NCBI GenBank assembly: GCA_964016885.1
Contig: OZ024740.1
Span: 371,628,001 to 371,692,000, forward strand
Direction: 5' to 3'
Source of the DNA: Eledone cirrhosa
Lineage: Eukaryota
Length of the DNA: 64,000 nt
Below, in pieces: positions 26,847 through 40,900 of the stretch. Position 1 is the first letter of the stretch. Each line of letters opens with the position of its first letter. Made by a program: the position numbers and the translations under genes. Below the pieces are notes generated by a model, which searched no databases, was not told the origin of the DNA, and worked only from the letters and a program-made list of their open reading frames with translations.

Positions 26847-27944
26847 GTGTGCGAGTATATATATACATATATATATGTGGGTGTGTGTGTGTTTGTATAA
26901 TCTGTGTGTGTGTGAGTGTGTGTGAATATGGGATGCACCTGGGCCAGAGTTGGTGCGTGTGCGCTTGCAACGATGTGGGTTGACATACACACATATGTAC
27001 TCTATGCCGAATTAAAAACTGTAGTCTTTTGCATTTCCGGATTTTGACACTCAGGTTATGGTGTTTTACACTCCACTCTTGCCTCATTTGCTCTTAAAAC
27101 GCACCACCCCATGATAGCGTAAAGATCGCAATCCTTTGCATTTCCCGATTCTGACACATAGCCTTTATACTTCAGTCAATATTTTCCAAATCTTTCAAAC
27201 TTTAATATTGGCTATAACATATACGCAATTTATTCTTCTTTGATATTTGATATTGGCTATAACAAACACGCATTTTATTCTATTTTATTCATTTATTTAT
27301 TTATTTTTTTACTTCTTCATTTTATTTTTTACTTCTTCATTTTATTGTATCGTATCTTATTATTTTATTATTTATTTTATCTTACTTTTTTATATTTTAT
27401 TTCTTCATTTTACCTTATCTTATTCCATATCTGTTTGGCAGCCCCCACCACGTGAAAGGGTGGTAGGATTGATACCAACCCACACACACTCATTCTTCTA
27501 AAGACATCAGCAGTAGAACTAAGGCTGACCTGCCATCTGACCCCCTAACACCAATAAACACAAGGGAGGAGGTCAGCTGTACTTAACAAAAACAACCACA
27601 ACAGATTGTCTTGCCTCAGAAAAAAATTTCGATAGACTTTTGACTGAGGAATGTTCTCACAACTGACCAATGGGAGGAGAGAGTGTCCTATGATGCCGAA
27701 ATTCGTTTGTTCGAATTCATATGATTCCAGTTCCTCAGAGAAATAACAACCCAACCAGGAGCTGGACATATCGGAGTAGTGACGGAGTAAAACACTTTAA
27801 CAACATGTGTACCTATCTCTACCACACCAATTCGAACTGCCCTGAAGAGGTCACAGCAGTACATCTTTAATAAACGAAGCCAAATCTTAAATGTTTGACT
27901 TAATTACTTTATTTTATATATATATTATATATATATATATATTT

Positions 27945-28062
<118 letters not shown>

Positions 28063-28101
28063 AGAGAGTATTGAAGTTTGCTTGAAGCATTGTGGAATAA
28101 T

Positions 28102-28550
28102 AAGATTTATTTTCTTTTGGTCATTTTGGAAGCCCCAACGATGCAGATGGGTAATTCTCCGGGTAACAAGATCCGGTGGTGAAGAGAGAGATGTAAGTGA
28201 ATGTAGAATGAGATGTATAGTGTGTAGAAGAAAGTAGGAAAGAGTGTAAAAAAACCTAAAAAAACCCAGTTATTCAAAACAACGAACAGCAAAGGACACG
28301 TACCGCTCCTCTCCGACAGATAACCCTCCCCACCCCAAAATATAGGGAAATTAAATCTCTCCCAAGGTAACTCTATCTCGTCTTATTATTTTAATTTTTT
28401 AATTTTTTACACTCTTTCCTACGTTCTTCTACACACTATACATCTCATTCTACATTCACTTACATCTCTCTCTTCACCACCGGATCTTGTTACCCGGAGA
28501 ATTACCCATCTGCATTGTTGAGGCTTCCAAAAGGACCAAAAGAAAATAAA

Positions 28551-28553
<3 letters not shown>
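28102..28553. repeat. Foldback element, ~150-bp inverted arms with a ~150-bp spacer, between (AT)n tracts
   Basis: 28102-28254 is the reverse complement of 28403-28553. Confidence 0.88.
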
Positions 28554-28600
<47 letters not shown>

Positions 28601-28930
28601 CACTTCACTGCTCGCAAGTGTTTTTTAAGCTTCATATCATGTCTCCCTATTTTATCTGATGAGAACGCAAATACCATCCCATGATGATATTTGTTTTTGA
28701 AATGCGCATAATAAAATACTTGGAACTCTTTTAACCATCTTTTGATCTTATATTATATATATATATACAGTATTTACGTATCGAGAGAGAGAAAAAAAAG
28801 GGGAGGATAGGTGATACATATAGTTATTTGCCAAGTAACGTATGCAAAAGGTGCTCGATACTAGTGCCGGCAGTATTAAATATTTGAAGTGTTAATATTT
28901 AGTGGGCTAGAGAGTTAGCAGAGCGTAAGC

Positions 28931-31090
28931 ACGTAGGAAAGTAAGAAATCGGAGAATAGACCGTTAAAACATGTTTATTTAAAACAGCACCTACGTACGT
29001 TTCGCCCAGTTGGGCTTCTTAAGGGCATAAATAACCAAAAGTGTTCCTTACATTGCTCGGAAAGATTTTTTTGGGTTAAATTCACGTCAGGTTTCATTGC
29101 TCGCAAAAATAGCTTGTTTTGATTTTGCAGCAGGTCAAGGGAGGTAACTCTGGCCGGTGTTAGGGCAGTCTTTCCTGGGCAAATTTTTATCCGCTACAAG
29201 ATGAGGTTACAACCTTACCATTGTCGATACGCACAGGGTCATGTATCCAACGCTTATTTTGAGACGTTTGTTTTTCCGCATCTGTTTGTCTGAGTCGTTT
29301 GAAGCTGGGTCTGGTATGCAAGGTTAGTTTTCTGGGTGTTATTTTGCAGCGCCTGCCCGCCGGGGTGTTAAGACTTGTTGCAGGGAGATCCGGTGCACGG
29401 TTTCACTCCTCATCCTTAACCCATCTGAAGAAGGATATTTTTAAGCGATGTGTACAACTCATCGCTGTTTCAGCTCTGCTGTTGATGAGCTCGTGGGGTG
29501 CAGTTATGATGTGGTAGAGCTCCATGAGGCAAAGATCGCATTTCCTCTTGAAGTTGTACGGTGCAGCCCTGCCGAAAATATCCATGTGCGTGGAGAAGCT
29601 GATGTTTAAGTCCTTTAGTGATGTGATGTAGTCCGCGAGCGAAGTGGAGTGTCTTAGTTTTTTTTATTTGTGAAAGAGTGGAGATGTGTTCGAAACCTAA
29701 TTTTGAATGGGCCGGAGGTAGCCCCTATATAATGTTTATAATTATTGTGGCTAGTTACAGTGCATCTATATATGACCCTATCAGTCAAGCAGTCTCCTCT
29801 AAGGGCGCAGCGTCCTCTGTCGCTGCAGTTGCAATTTCTGTCGCGGTTCCATCTATTTCCCACGGTAAGGCTATCATTGTTGCTGCCTACGTTGTTACCT
29901 ACGCTCCCGCAGCTGTCGTTAGCACCATTACAACCCACAGCACGCGGGGTGGTGTGATTGTTATTCCGCACGTCATGTCCTGCATGTTCCCCAGTGATTT
30001 CGCGGTTATGCTGGCTGCGTCTGCGGAGGCCGTTGCCAGCACTATTGGATGCTTCTAGGGAGTTGCTAAGGCCGATATAGTTATTGTCAGGTGTAGGTGC
30101 GTCTGTGTCGAGGTGCTGTGTCTTAGTGATCTTACTGTGGTTCGTTGTTCCTATGATGTCTGCAAGGTTACGGGTAGTAGAGAAGGATATTTTTATATTG
30201 TTGCTATTAAGAATTTTTCTATACCTATGGTTGGGCGGGAAGTTCTTCTCTAAGGCTTCGAAGAACATCCGAGGTACGTTGGAGGCCACACTCCAAGAGT
30301 AGGGGTGGGGGGTGGGGGTGGAACCATAGGACGTTACGGTGGCGATTACGTGTCCTTGTACGTTTGCTACGGGTGGTTCCATCTAGGTGACCGCTCTTAT
30401 GTGTGTTAATGCGCCGTAGCCCGTTAGGTGCCCATTTCATTTTATGCTCGGGTGCACTCTTCTTCTCTCTTTCATGTTTATGTATAGGAAGATGTTGGTT
30501 GGCCGTCGCCTTTGTTGGTTTTGTAATAGGGGAATAGTTCGAGTAATCTACAGTGGTCACCGTCGCCGGGTTCGTGATCTTTAGTGCGATTATCTATTCT
30601 ATTATATCAGACTTCAACGAGGTCGCCGCGTGATTGGTTATAGGTATGGCTTACTATAACGTTCGTTTTATGAGGGAAGTGGTTTCTAGAGCTAGCGTTA
30701 GGGATGTAGGAAATTCCTCGGTTAAAGCCGGCGCTTATCAGGGCCCTATTGTAATACTCTGCCGCTTGGTTGAAGATATCCTCATTGGCGGATAGCCTCG
30801 AGATTCTATGTGAGATACTATAGAGTATGGAGTTGAGAGTCTGCTTAGGGTGGTTGGAGGCATAATTAATATAAGAGAGGCACTCTCCAGGCTCATGGTA
30901 TGGCTTGTATAAGCCCGTACGAGCAATGAACCTTGACGTGAATTTAACCACAAAAAATCTTTCCGAGTAATGTAAGGAACACTTTTGGTTATTTATGACC
31001 TTAAGAAGCCCAACTGGGCGAAACGTACGTAGGTGGTGTTTTAAATAAACATGTTTTAACGGTCTATTCTCCGATTTCTTACTTTCCCAC

Positions 31091-31092
<2 letters not shown>
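28931..31092 (-). mobile_element. 5'-truncated Penelope-like element with an inverted pseudo-LTR
   Basis: Minus-strand ORF pieces 30945-29403: YKPYH..YASNHP, KISFSTTRN, CNC..CALRGDCL..VIYRC..YIGATSGPFKIRFRTH, CDLCLME..CTH. The 3' terminal 28931-29102 is repeated inverted at 30920-31092. Confidence 0.9.
28988..29027 (-). ncRNA. Hammerhead-like motif in the PLE pseudo-LTR (second copy on + at 30996-31035)
   Basis: TGCC-CTTAAGA-A-GCCC-aact-GGGC-GAAA-CGTACG-TA-GGTG; the core is CTTAAGA instead of CTGAAGA in both copies. Confidence 0.65.
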
Positions 31093-31144
<52 letters not shown>

Positions 31145-31165
31145 TATATATATATATATATATAT

Positions 31166-31395
31166 ATATTTAATATTATTCAAAATACTAAATGAAAAAT
31201 ATTCTCATAATCAAAATATATATTTTATTATACATATTTCAAAGGTACTATGGTGTTTAAGTACGTTTTCATCAAACAATTTGTCTGATGAAAACGTACT
31301 TAAACACCATTGTACCTTTGAAATATGTATAATAAAATATATATTTTGATTATGAGAATATTTTTCATTTATTAACATTTTGAATAATATTAAAT
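31166..31395. repeat. Foldback hairpin (~108-bp arms) next to (AT)n
   Basis: 31166-31274 is the reverse complement of 31286-31395. Confidence 0.88.
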
Positions 31396-31473
31396 ACTCC
31401 AGGAAAATCTTGTCGAGTGCTTCTAATCTATTGTAAAATTGTATTCGTTGATTAATCAACGAACCACTTTGGG

Positions 31474-31507
<34 letters not shown>

Positions 31508-31596
31508 AAACATATATATATATATATAGATATATACGTACATATACATACATATATATACATACACACATATATATATGTATATATATATATAGC

Positions 31597-31639
<43 letters not shown>

Positions 31640-31888
31640 CTTTCTTTATTAACCACAAGGGTCTACATAAAGTAGACATTAAGGACAGTACAGGACAATA
31701 CAGGGCGGTACAAAAGGGCATTTCTGCGTATAAAAAACAAGAAACAGAGGATGTAATAATAGAACAATGAAAAATTTTCCCAATAGGGGGGAGAGTTCCG
31801 AGGGACATTCGTGGCGAAAGCCCATTAAAAAGCCACAGTGACCCTGACCACCAGGGCAAGTGCCCTCTCCCAGTTTTCCACCTTTAAT

Positions 31889-34800
31889 TTACAGACACAT
31901 ACTCAGAGTAGGCCCATGCACTCGGGCCATTCTTGCCTCTCTCACCCATCTTTCAACAAAATGCTGGGAAGAGAGCACTTCCCTCTCTACCCTGATTTTC
32001 CTTTTCAAATGAAATTTGAAAAAGTTAATCAGGGCATCACCGAAGAGGTAAGTGCTCGTCTTCAGCCCTTTCAAACGTGTCCACCATACTATCTCTTTCG
32101 CCATGGCCACCAGACAGATAAAAACGGCCTGCCCTTCCCGGCTAAAGGAAGAGGGCGGGGCAATCCTCACGATGGACTCAGCTGATAGCTGGATCCGTCC
32201 TACACGTGACAGCAGGTGTTCGACATAAACCCACAAGTCAGCAATGCTCGGAAACTGGACGAGTGCGTGCAGGACGGTTTCGTCGCCCTGCTTGGACATG
32301 CCCGGCTGAGGGCACCTCCATGCCTGTAGAGTTTATCCCGAACTGGCAAAGCTCCTCGGTAGCACTTCCAGGCCAGGGATTTCTGGAAGTTGTCCATAGG
32401 CCCTGGCCCGAAAGTTCTTCCGAAGAGATTGGCTAGTTGATTTTCGTCGACGCCTAGAGTTTCCCCAAGTACGTCGTCGCTCTTCCCCTCCACTATTCCT
32501 CTATAGAACGCCAAGGTGGAGTTTCCACCGATCACATTGCCCGATTGGTCGAGGGCTGTGAACGCCTGAAGACATTCCAGTTTCCAATCGCTCCCTCTCG
32601 GTCTTCGCTTGACCCAGAACAGCAGATCCGTCAAGGAGACGAGCTAGGGAAAGACGAGTCTAGCAAACGGCGACCACACCTGAGTACCGTCGAGGAAGAG
32701 GTGGAGATGTTGTAGCCTGAGCGCGTGTCTGCGCATCATCAGCCACGGCATGCCCAGTCCTCCACGTAGCGGGTGTTGACAGCAGATGGACCGCCTGACC
32801 ATCGGAGCGCGTCCCTTCCACAAAAAGCGAAAGAGCAAACGCTCCAGCGCAGTCAGGCGGGGCTTAGGACAAGGTACGACGGTCAGGCGGTAGTAGATGA
32901 CGGACGCGATGTACGCGTTAGCCACCTCCGCTCGACCTTTCAGGGATAGCTACCTCTCCGCCCATTTCTGGGTGAGAGAAGCCACCCTGCTCGTCACCTC
33001 GTCCCAGTTTTTGTCCGTCTGAAGGTCCGGACCGAACCAGACCCCTAGCAATTTAACCGGTCCGTCCGTCCAGCGCCCGACGACGCTGTTGGACGGCATG
33101 GACCTGCCTCTCCAGGTGCCGAGCTGAAGGCCCACTGACTTTTTCTGGTTGATCATTGCTCCTGTCACCGCTTCGTATTCTCTTAATGTAGTGTCGATCG
33201 CCTCTGAAGACGGGCCGAAAGCCAGCTGCCCTCAGGGCTGCCGCTAGGTAACGATGGTCGACCCTATCGAAATCTTTCGACTGATCTAAATTGATCAAGG
33301 ACCCACCCGTGCCAGGTTCCCTACCTACCCTCTCTACGATGTATCGCATGAGGTGGAGGTTGTCGTGGATGGATCTGTCGGGAATGGCGCATGTCTGCGC
33401 CTCTGCCACCAGACCACCAACGACAAGCGCCAACTTCTTTGCTAGCACCATGGCTAAAATCTTGAACTCTGTGTTTAGCAGAGTTATGGGCCTAAAATTA
33501 TCTATGTTATCCCCCTTGTTCGGATCCTTTCTCAGCAGCGTCACAACTCCTCGGCTCACAGAGCTGGTAATTCTCCCGTTCTGTTGCCAGTTGCAGTAGA
33601 CGTCCACCAAGAGGCATCCGTACGTAAAGTTCATAGGGCAGACCATCCAAACCAGGCGATTTACCCCTTGTGCAGCCAGTCTTTGCCTCCCGTACTTCAG
33701 CGGCTGTTATCGGCTTTTCGCAACACTCTGCCTCAGTGGCCGAGAACCGCGGCATTCCGTCGAGGTAGACACTAAAGTCCATCCTTCGATCCGGCCCGCC
33801 GCTGCCCCCGAACAGCTGTGCGAAGTGTCGCTGAAAAGCTTCACACATTTTCCCGGGATCGAGTAGCATGCGCTCGTCGTGGTCCACCAAAGACCGTATC
33901 GTGGCTTTGTTGCCACGACGCGTCTCCGCCTCTCGGGCCCATTGAACGGCTTTCGTCCCCTCGTGTCTGAGAACACGCACCCTAGCTCTGACAACGCAGC
34001 CTTCGTGTTTTGCATTGAAGAATTGGTCAAGGGCCAATTTTGCCGCAAGTACGTCGGTCGCGATGCCTTTGCTAAGCGCCTCGTCTAATTTTCTAACTAA
34101 TTCTCCCTCTGCTCTATTTTTCTCTATTGCTAAAGCCTTACTAAACCTAATGGACTCTATTACAATCGCTCTTTTCAGAGCAAACCACCACTTTTTGTTG
34201 ACGATGGCCCCCGTCAACGCCCGCTTAACTAGTTCCCTAATCCTGTTTCTGTAGGCCTTGCGCGCTGGTAAGGACGTGTTTAGCTTCCAGTAGCCGGGTC
34301 CTCGTCTATGAAGCCTATCTAAGTCAAGCACACCGATCACGAATTTGTGGTCCGTGTAGCTGACTGTCTTGAATTGTGGACAGCCTATGCTAGACCTATC
34401 TATTTCCCTACAAAATACTCTATCTAGATATGATCTGGATGACCCTATGCGATTTGTCCAAGTCCACATTGGCACATTCGGGAAATCCAATCGGTACCTG
34501 TCAGACAGTTCAAAACGCCTGAGCAGGTTGGTGAGGCTCTTGCACCCTCCTCCCCTATCCGCTAATCCCACACAGTCCCAGCGTGCATCTAAGATCCCGT
34601 TCCAGTCGCCCACTAACACTAAAGAGCGGGACGTTCCAAGAAAGGTCTGCAGACGTTGGAAGAAATCAGGCCGCCCTGCTCCTGTCGGGGCATAGACGGC
34701 CACTAGCCTGAAAGCTTGCCCGTCACCGCTGGTCACGTCCAGCACGACCAACGTACCCTCTGGGTCCAGGAAGATGGCCCGTATGGCAAGATCCAAACCT

Positions 34801-35027
34801 CTCCGAAAAAGCACAACAACTCCTCTCCCCGATCCAGGACGGCTGAGAGATGCGTACACATCGTAGCCGCCGAAGATCGGTGCGAAGGCCCGTGCTTCGG
34901 AGATTCTGGTCTCGCTGATGGCCACTACATCTATGTTTAGTGACCTGAGGTCGTTGAGCAGGTGACCTTGCTTCCATGACGACCCCAAGCCACGCGCATT
35001 TATGCTGCCTATTCTGAGTGAGGTCAT
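31889..35027 (-). pseudogene. Element A ORF2: APE endonuclease, RT, CCHC (disrupted)
   Basis: SINARGL, VAISETRI, VGDWN, SYLDR, YTDHK, GPGYWKLN, KSPGLDGLP, NFRPITLLN, LDQSKDFDRVDH. The QGCPLS/YADD region is deleted near 33200. Confidence 0.9.
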
Positions 35028-35061
35028 GTTGAAATGGAGTGGAAAAGATGGGAAAGACCAC

Positions 35062-37024
35062 TTACCTTACTTCTCGTAGAGGAAGGATGGTTTCTCCATC
35101 CTTTTCACTGCATCTAGCCTCCTCCGGAAGGATGTCCTTATAAATCCTCCTGGAGAGTGCTTGTCGGAAGTCTCCGATGTCTTTGGGGAATTTTTGTTTT
35201 AGTGTCGTGTACGTTTTCTGTGTGATGCGAGTGATTTGAATGTGTGGAGGTGGTGTGAACTTTTGGGTTGTTGTGTAGTCTGTTTCTGTGATGCTGGTAT
35301 TGTGTTGGATGTAGTGTAATAATTGGTTGTTGTTCAAATTTATTGCTGTGTAGTGTGTATCGTTTTGGTTATTTTGTTTTGCTTGCGTTTGTTGTGGGTT
35401 TGTTTCTATTTCGCTTTTTCGTGACTTTTGTAGTGTTGGTGATGGTGGTGTTGGGGTTAATGATGGTGATGGTGTTGGTGTTTGTGGTGATGGGGTTGGT
35501 GATGCTGGTGTGGATGGTGGCATAGCTGTCCTAACTTTTTGTTTGATAGCTTATTTGTTTCCCTCTGTCTTTTGTTTTTGGAGGGGGAAGGAAGGGGATT
35601 TTTTCTTTTTTGGTTTCTTTTTCTTTTTTTCTTTTTTCCTGATACCGTTTCCCACTCCTCGTCGTCACAATCTGTCTCCAGTTGCGATAGGTCGGGGAGT
35701 GGAAAATCCTCCACAGGCGTTGGTTTTGGTTGTGGCGTGGTGGATAGTGTAGGCGCTGGTGCTAGTTCTTGCACGTTGGGTGGTGGTGGTTTTGGATTTG
35801 CTACTGTTGCTGGGGTTGTTGCTGTTACAGTTGCTTCTGTTGTTGCTGCTATAGTTGTTGCTGCCATTTCTGCTGCTGGTTGTGTTGATGTTGAGTCACT
35901 GGGGTGGGTAAGACAGGTGGCCTCAACCTTTTAGCCTGAGGGCAGAAAGCCCTTAGGTGGGTTCCTTCACCACAAACGACACACCTAGACCTTCTGCCCT
36001 CGACGATTACGGTGAGGTGGCTGCCGTCAGTGAGGTCTATTACCTCTGGGATCTCCTCAATGCTTTTTTGGTCCGCTTGGATCAGGAGCTCCATCCCAGA
36101 TCCGGACCAGTTCTCCTGCTTTTCTTTCGCTATTTCGATTATCTTGGTGTTGGCTTCGATGCCGGCGAGGACGCCAGCCATTAGTCAGGGAATTTCGATG
36201 GCCGGTGGAACGTGGGTCACCCTGATCTTCACGAGTCTCTAGCCACAATAGCTTGGGACCAGTGTGAAGTCGTCACTTCTTACTGGGGCCATGGAGTGTT
36301 CTCTGGCCTCCTGTGGTGTTTCAAAGAACACGTCCACGGTTCCATATTCCTGCCCACGTCAGATGTGGTTTTTATTTGCCCACACATGTCCCAAAGCTTT
36401 TTGGATTTGGGATTCGGATGCCCGTTCCACTCGGCGCGATTTTATGTTAATCGTCCGATAAGACACGGTGCATAGGCGCCGATGCGCCATTTTATTAGGT
36501 GGGGGGCGGGTGGTGGGGGTGGTGAGGCTGACCCTGTACCCATCTTTCTTTACCATTTTTTTGGCTTCTTCTAATTCCTCCTGAGTAACCTTGAATGCTT
36601 CGATCTTTTTTGCTACTCTGGCAAAAGACAGGGCTGTTTTCTTAATTTCATTGTTGCTGTTGTTGTTATCGTTATTTTTGTTATTGTTAATTTTAGTTTC
36701 AGATGTGGTGGTGGTGGTGGCGTCAGATGTGTTTGGTGTGGAAGAGTTCATTTTGGCTGAATTCGTTTCGATATCACGAGATAATTTATTTTTTTCTTTT
36801 GTTTCTGTTGTCGCTGTGGTGGTGGTGGGAGTGGCGGCTTCAACACCTGCAGTCATTGGTAATGGCGAAAAATGAATGTCTGCCTGAGACAAATTTAAAA
36901 TATTGCTACTGCTTATATTTTTAGTGTTGGCAAACGTAGTAATATTTACAATGGTGGTGTCGGTGTGAGGTGTTAGTTTGTGCGGAAGGCTCTCAGCTAC
37001 TGGGTTCAGCTGTGAGTCGGCCAT
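35062..37024 (-). pseudogene. Element A ORF1 (gag-like, CCHC zinc knuckle)
   Basis: VEGRRSRCVVCGEGTHLRAFCP, basic KKKKRKR stretch and Thr/Asn/Pro low complexity; stops and frameshifts. Confidence 0.82.
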
Positions 37025-37225
37025 GATTTTTCAAAGAAATATTTTTGTTTGTTTGATAATTATAAAAGTTTAAATTTTTGGCTCAAGGCCCCAATCTTTT
37101 TGAGTGTCCTTTTCAGAAAACAATGTATGTGCACTTATATACAGTTAACAATAAAATTTTCCAATAATGGCAATTTTAAACAACTGAAAATAACAAACCT
37201 TTGCGGAGCTCACGATAATACGATT

Positions 37226-37282
<57 letters not shown>

Positions 37283-37284
<2 letters not shown>

Positions 37285-37410
37285 ATAATAATAATAATAA
37301 TGATTTCTTTATTGGCCACAAGGGCTGACATCAAGAAAAACATTACAGACGGCACAGGACGGTACAGGACGGTACGATGTGGGTTTTGTGCGTGTAAATA
37401 TGTTTATCAT
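37283..37410 (-). mobile_element. Short 3' fragment of another Tx1-like element with an (ATT)n tail, tandem to element A
   Basis: Reverse complement GCCCTTGTGGCCAATAAAGAAATC(ATT)n plus GTCCTGTAC repeats like the 3' UTR of element A. Confidence 0.75.
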
Positions 37411-37959
37411 AAGAATAATAATAATACGCACATGGTGGATAGGGTGTTTTGGAATCGGTCCCGTACGTCTTTGATTTTTCACATATTTAAAACAATTGTG
37501 ATAGAATAATTTTTGATTTTTTACATATTTAAAACAATTGTGATAGAATAATTATTACAAATGGAACGCAAGATATCAGTCATTACTCTCAGGAAGTGGC
37601 AACGCATCACATTACGGCATAGGGCTCCAATATTTAATATTTAATTTAATATTTAATTTTGTACCAGAAATTTTATTGTCAGAAAAGAAAATGGCTAGAA
37701 AACAACAGCCAAATAACTTCACCACCAGCACCACCACCACTGCCGCCGCCACAATCACCATCACCACTACCACAAAAAATCTAGCCAAATACAAACCAGC
37801 ACCATCTCTATAGTACTGCTGTCCCATCACCACAGCCACCACTGAAAAACAAAAAAACAAACAAAAAAACTAAGTCAGACATTCAAACATTACAATGAAA
37901 CTTATGTTTATTTTTGTTTTTTTAAGTTTTTATCTATTTATTTGTTTATTTATTTATGT

Positions 37960-40900
37960 TCGTCTACAGCGTGATGGTGCCACGCTAAAATCACCGGGGG
38001 TGATGAAATCACCGGTAGTTATGTAACCATACATTCACCAATCCTCGATATGAGTGTTTAAATGTCGAACCTAAACAGTTCGAATAACGGTGAAGTGGAA
38101 ACTGGAATGTCATGTGACAAACTCTCACCCAACAGGTGCTCCCCTGCCCCAGCAACAGGGACCTGGCTGTCATCCAAATACTGCTGGTGTTGGAGGAAGA
38201 AGAAGGAAAGGGACCAGAACCAACTGGACGAAAGAATTGAATAGAACTGTTATGCAATGTTACCTGAAGAGTAACCCCATGGAAAAAGGCTATAGGAAAC
38301 GGATGCATAACATCTGGAACGAGATTGGTCTATGTAATTAGATGAACAAAAATTGGCCGGGCAGGATCCGGTAATAAGAACTAATGGGTGGATAAGCGAG
38401 CTGGAACTGGAGGAACTGAGCAGAGAGATTAGGTTGGAAATGGAGAGTGGAGTATGCTAGGCAAACGAGCCAGTGGGAAATGAAGGTGAAGAGGTTGAGA
38501 GAACGGAGGAAGCATCCGAAGCAGACAATAATCTGAATGCTGAAATAAATAATACCTAGAACAAAGATACGGCCATTGAGGAAATGAATGCTGACGGGCT
38601 AGGACAAGATTTGGTTGATATCCTAAACTTGGTAGATAAAATAAACAATGATAGTGGGAAACCTATGAACCTAAGATTTGTAGACAGGAAAAAGTTAAAA
38701 GAAACAACAGCTAAGGTAAACAAAGTCATCCCATACCTTGAGGCGAGGATCCTTCACCAGTGCAACAATATCCTCAAAGCAACAGAAAATGCGGTGAGGA
38801 AATTACTTGGCATAAAAGCGAGAGGAAACAACAAACAAGAAAGATCAGAACCTTGGTGGAAGAAACGACTGAATGGTCAAATCAGGGAAATGAGAAATGA
38901 CATTGGAAAGCTTGAGTCCCTACTGAATGGGACACTAAAAAACATAGACACTAAAAATAGACTGGAAATAAAGTACAAAACTAGGAGGAAAAAGCTAAAT
39001 ATTATCATAGAGGAACTGAAGCAACGCATTGTAGCAAAGAGTGCAAAGATTAGATGATACGTGAGCAGAGTCAGTCAGTATAGACAGAACCGCATGTTTG
39101 ACAACAACCAGAAGATGTTTGGACAGCTTGAAGGGAAAGAAAGAGGCAACGACTTGATCCCTGAGGCGGAACAAACTAAGACATTCTGGAGAGGAATATG
39201 GGAGCAGGATGTTAAACATAATGATCAGGCAGTGTGGATTGAAACAGTACAAAAGGAGATTAGTGAATAGGCACACCAACAAACTGATTTGAGTATCACA
39301 GTTGAAACTCTTAAGGGGCAGGCGAAAAAACTAACCAACTGGAAATCACCAGGCCCAAATGGTGTGCAGGGGTATTGGATTAAAAATATAACATCCCTCC
39401 ACCCTAAACTGACAACCATGTTCAATGATTGCTTGATGTCAGGTGAGGTACCAGAGTGGTTGACAAAAGATACCACAGTTCTGGTAATGAAAGAGCGAAT
39501 CAAGGGTAATGATGTTACCAACTATAGACCTATCATATGTCTGTCTGTAATGTGGAATCTGTTAACAAGCATTGTGTCTGAGGAAATTTACCATCACCTC
39601 CACACAAACAACTTGTTACCGGACGAACAGAAAAGATGCCGAAAGAAGTCCCGTGGTACAAAGGACCAGTTACTTATTGATAAGATGGTAATGAGGAATT
39701 GCAAAAGGAGACACACTGGTCTTGCCATGGGATGGATAGACTACAAAAAGGCATTTGACATGGTACCTCATTCTTGGATCACCAAAAGCCTAGAGATATT
39801 CAAGGTGGCAGATAACATCAGACAGTTGATGAGCAAACGTATGAAGTCCTGGAAAACAGAGTTAACATCGGCTGGAGAATCCTTGGGATGCGTGAAGATC
39901 AAGAGAGGTATCTTACAGGGAGATAGTCTGTCCCCTCTGTTGTTTGTCCTTGCCCTGATGCCCCTGACCATTATACTGCGAAAAGTGAGAGCAGGATACA
40001 AGTTGGGAAAGGGAGAGCTTGCCATAAATCACCTCCTCTTCATGGACGATCTTAAGCTCTTCGGGAAGAGTGAGAAGGAGTTGGATGTGCTTGTTGACAC
40101 TGTCCGTATTTTCAGCAATGATATATATATTCAATTTGGTATTAGTAAGTGTGGAGTCCTTGTGATGAAGAGGGGTAAAGTGAGCAGAAGCAACGGAATC
40201 CAGGTACCAACAGGTGAGATGATAAAGGAAATTGACACTGAAGAAGGATACAAATATTTAGGTGTTCTGGAGGCTGATGACACCAAGAACAAAAAAATAA
40301 AGGAATTGATAAGATCTGAATACATTCGGAGAGTAAGGAGCGTATTAAAATCACATCTGAACAGTAGGAATGCCATAAGTGCAATAAATTCCAGAGCTGT
40401 GTCTATTATTAGGTAGAGTGCGGGAATTCTGAGATGGAATGTTGCTGAACAAATAGAAATGGATAGGAAGACTAGGAAGCTATTGACTATCTACAACATG
40501 TTCCACAAGAGGAGTGATGTCGATAGACTCTACTTAAGGAGATCAGAAGGTGGAAGAGGTCTTATCAGCATAGAGGACTGTGTTCAGATGGAGAAAAACT
40601 ACCTACACAAATACGTGACTGATAGTAGGGAGCCAATGCTCAGAATGTACTGAAGGAAAGAACAATAGACCAAGGGATGTCCAAGGAGGAAATAACAACA
40701 AGGAGAAAGTGCAACCTTCATGAAAAATCCCTTCATAGTACTTTCTTTGAGAAAACTGAATTTAGAGATCCACAGACATGGAACTGCTTGAAAAGAGGAG
40801 ACATTAAAAAGGCTACAGAAGGAATGCTAATGGCTGCGCAAGAGCAGGCCCTCAAAACGAAGTGGCTGAAACACCATATTTACAAGGAGGAGGCTAGCCC

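Larger units (their letters stand above)
31597..37225 (-). mobile_element. Tx1-like (L1 group) non-LTR retrotransposon A, near full length, (ATT)n tail
   Basis: ORF1 with a CCHC knuckle and ORF2 APE-RT-CCHC. 3' end CCTTGTGGTTAATAAAGAAAGC(ATT)n; the 5' end abuts (TAG)n/(ATT)n. Confidence 0.92.

Noticed and set aside
27836-27905. CTGAAGA-GGTCA...TGACT hammerhead-like start
   Set aside because: The GAAA core and stem III are missing.
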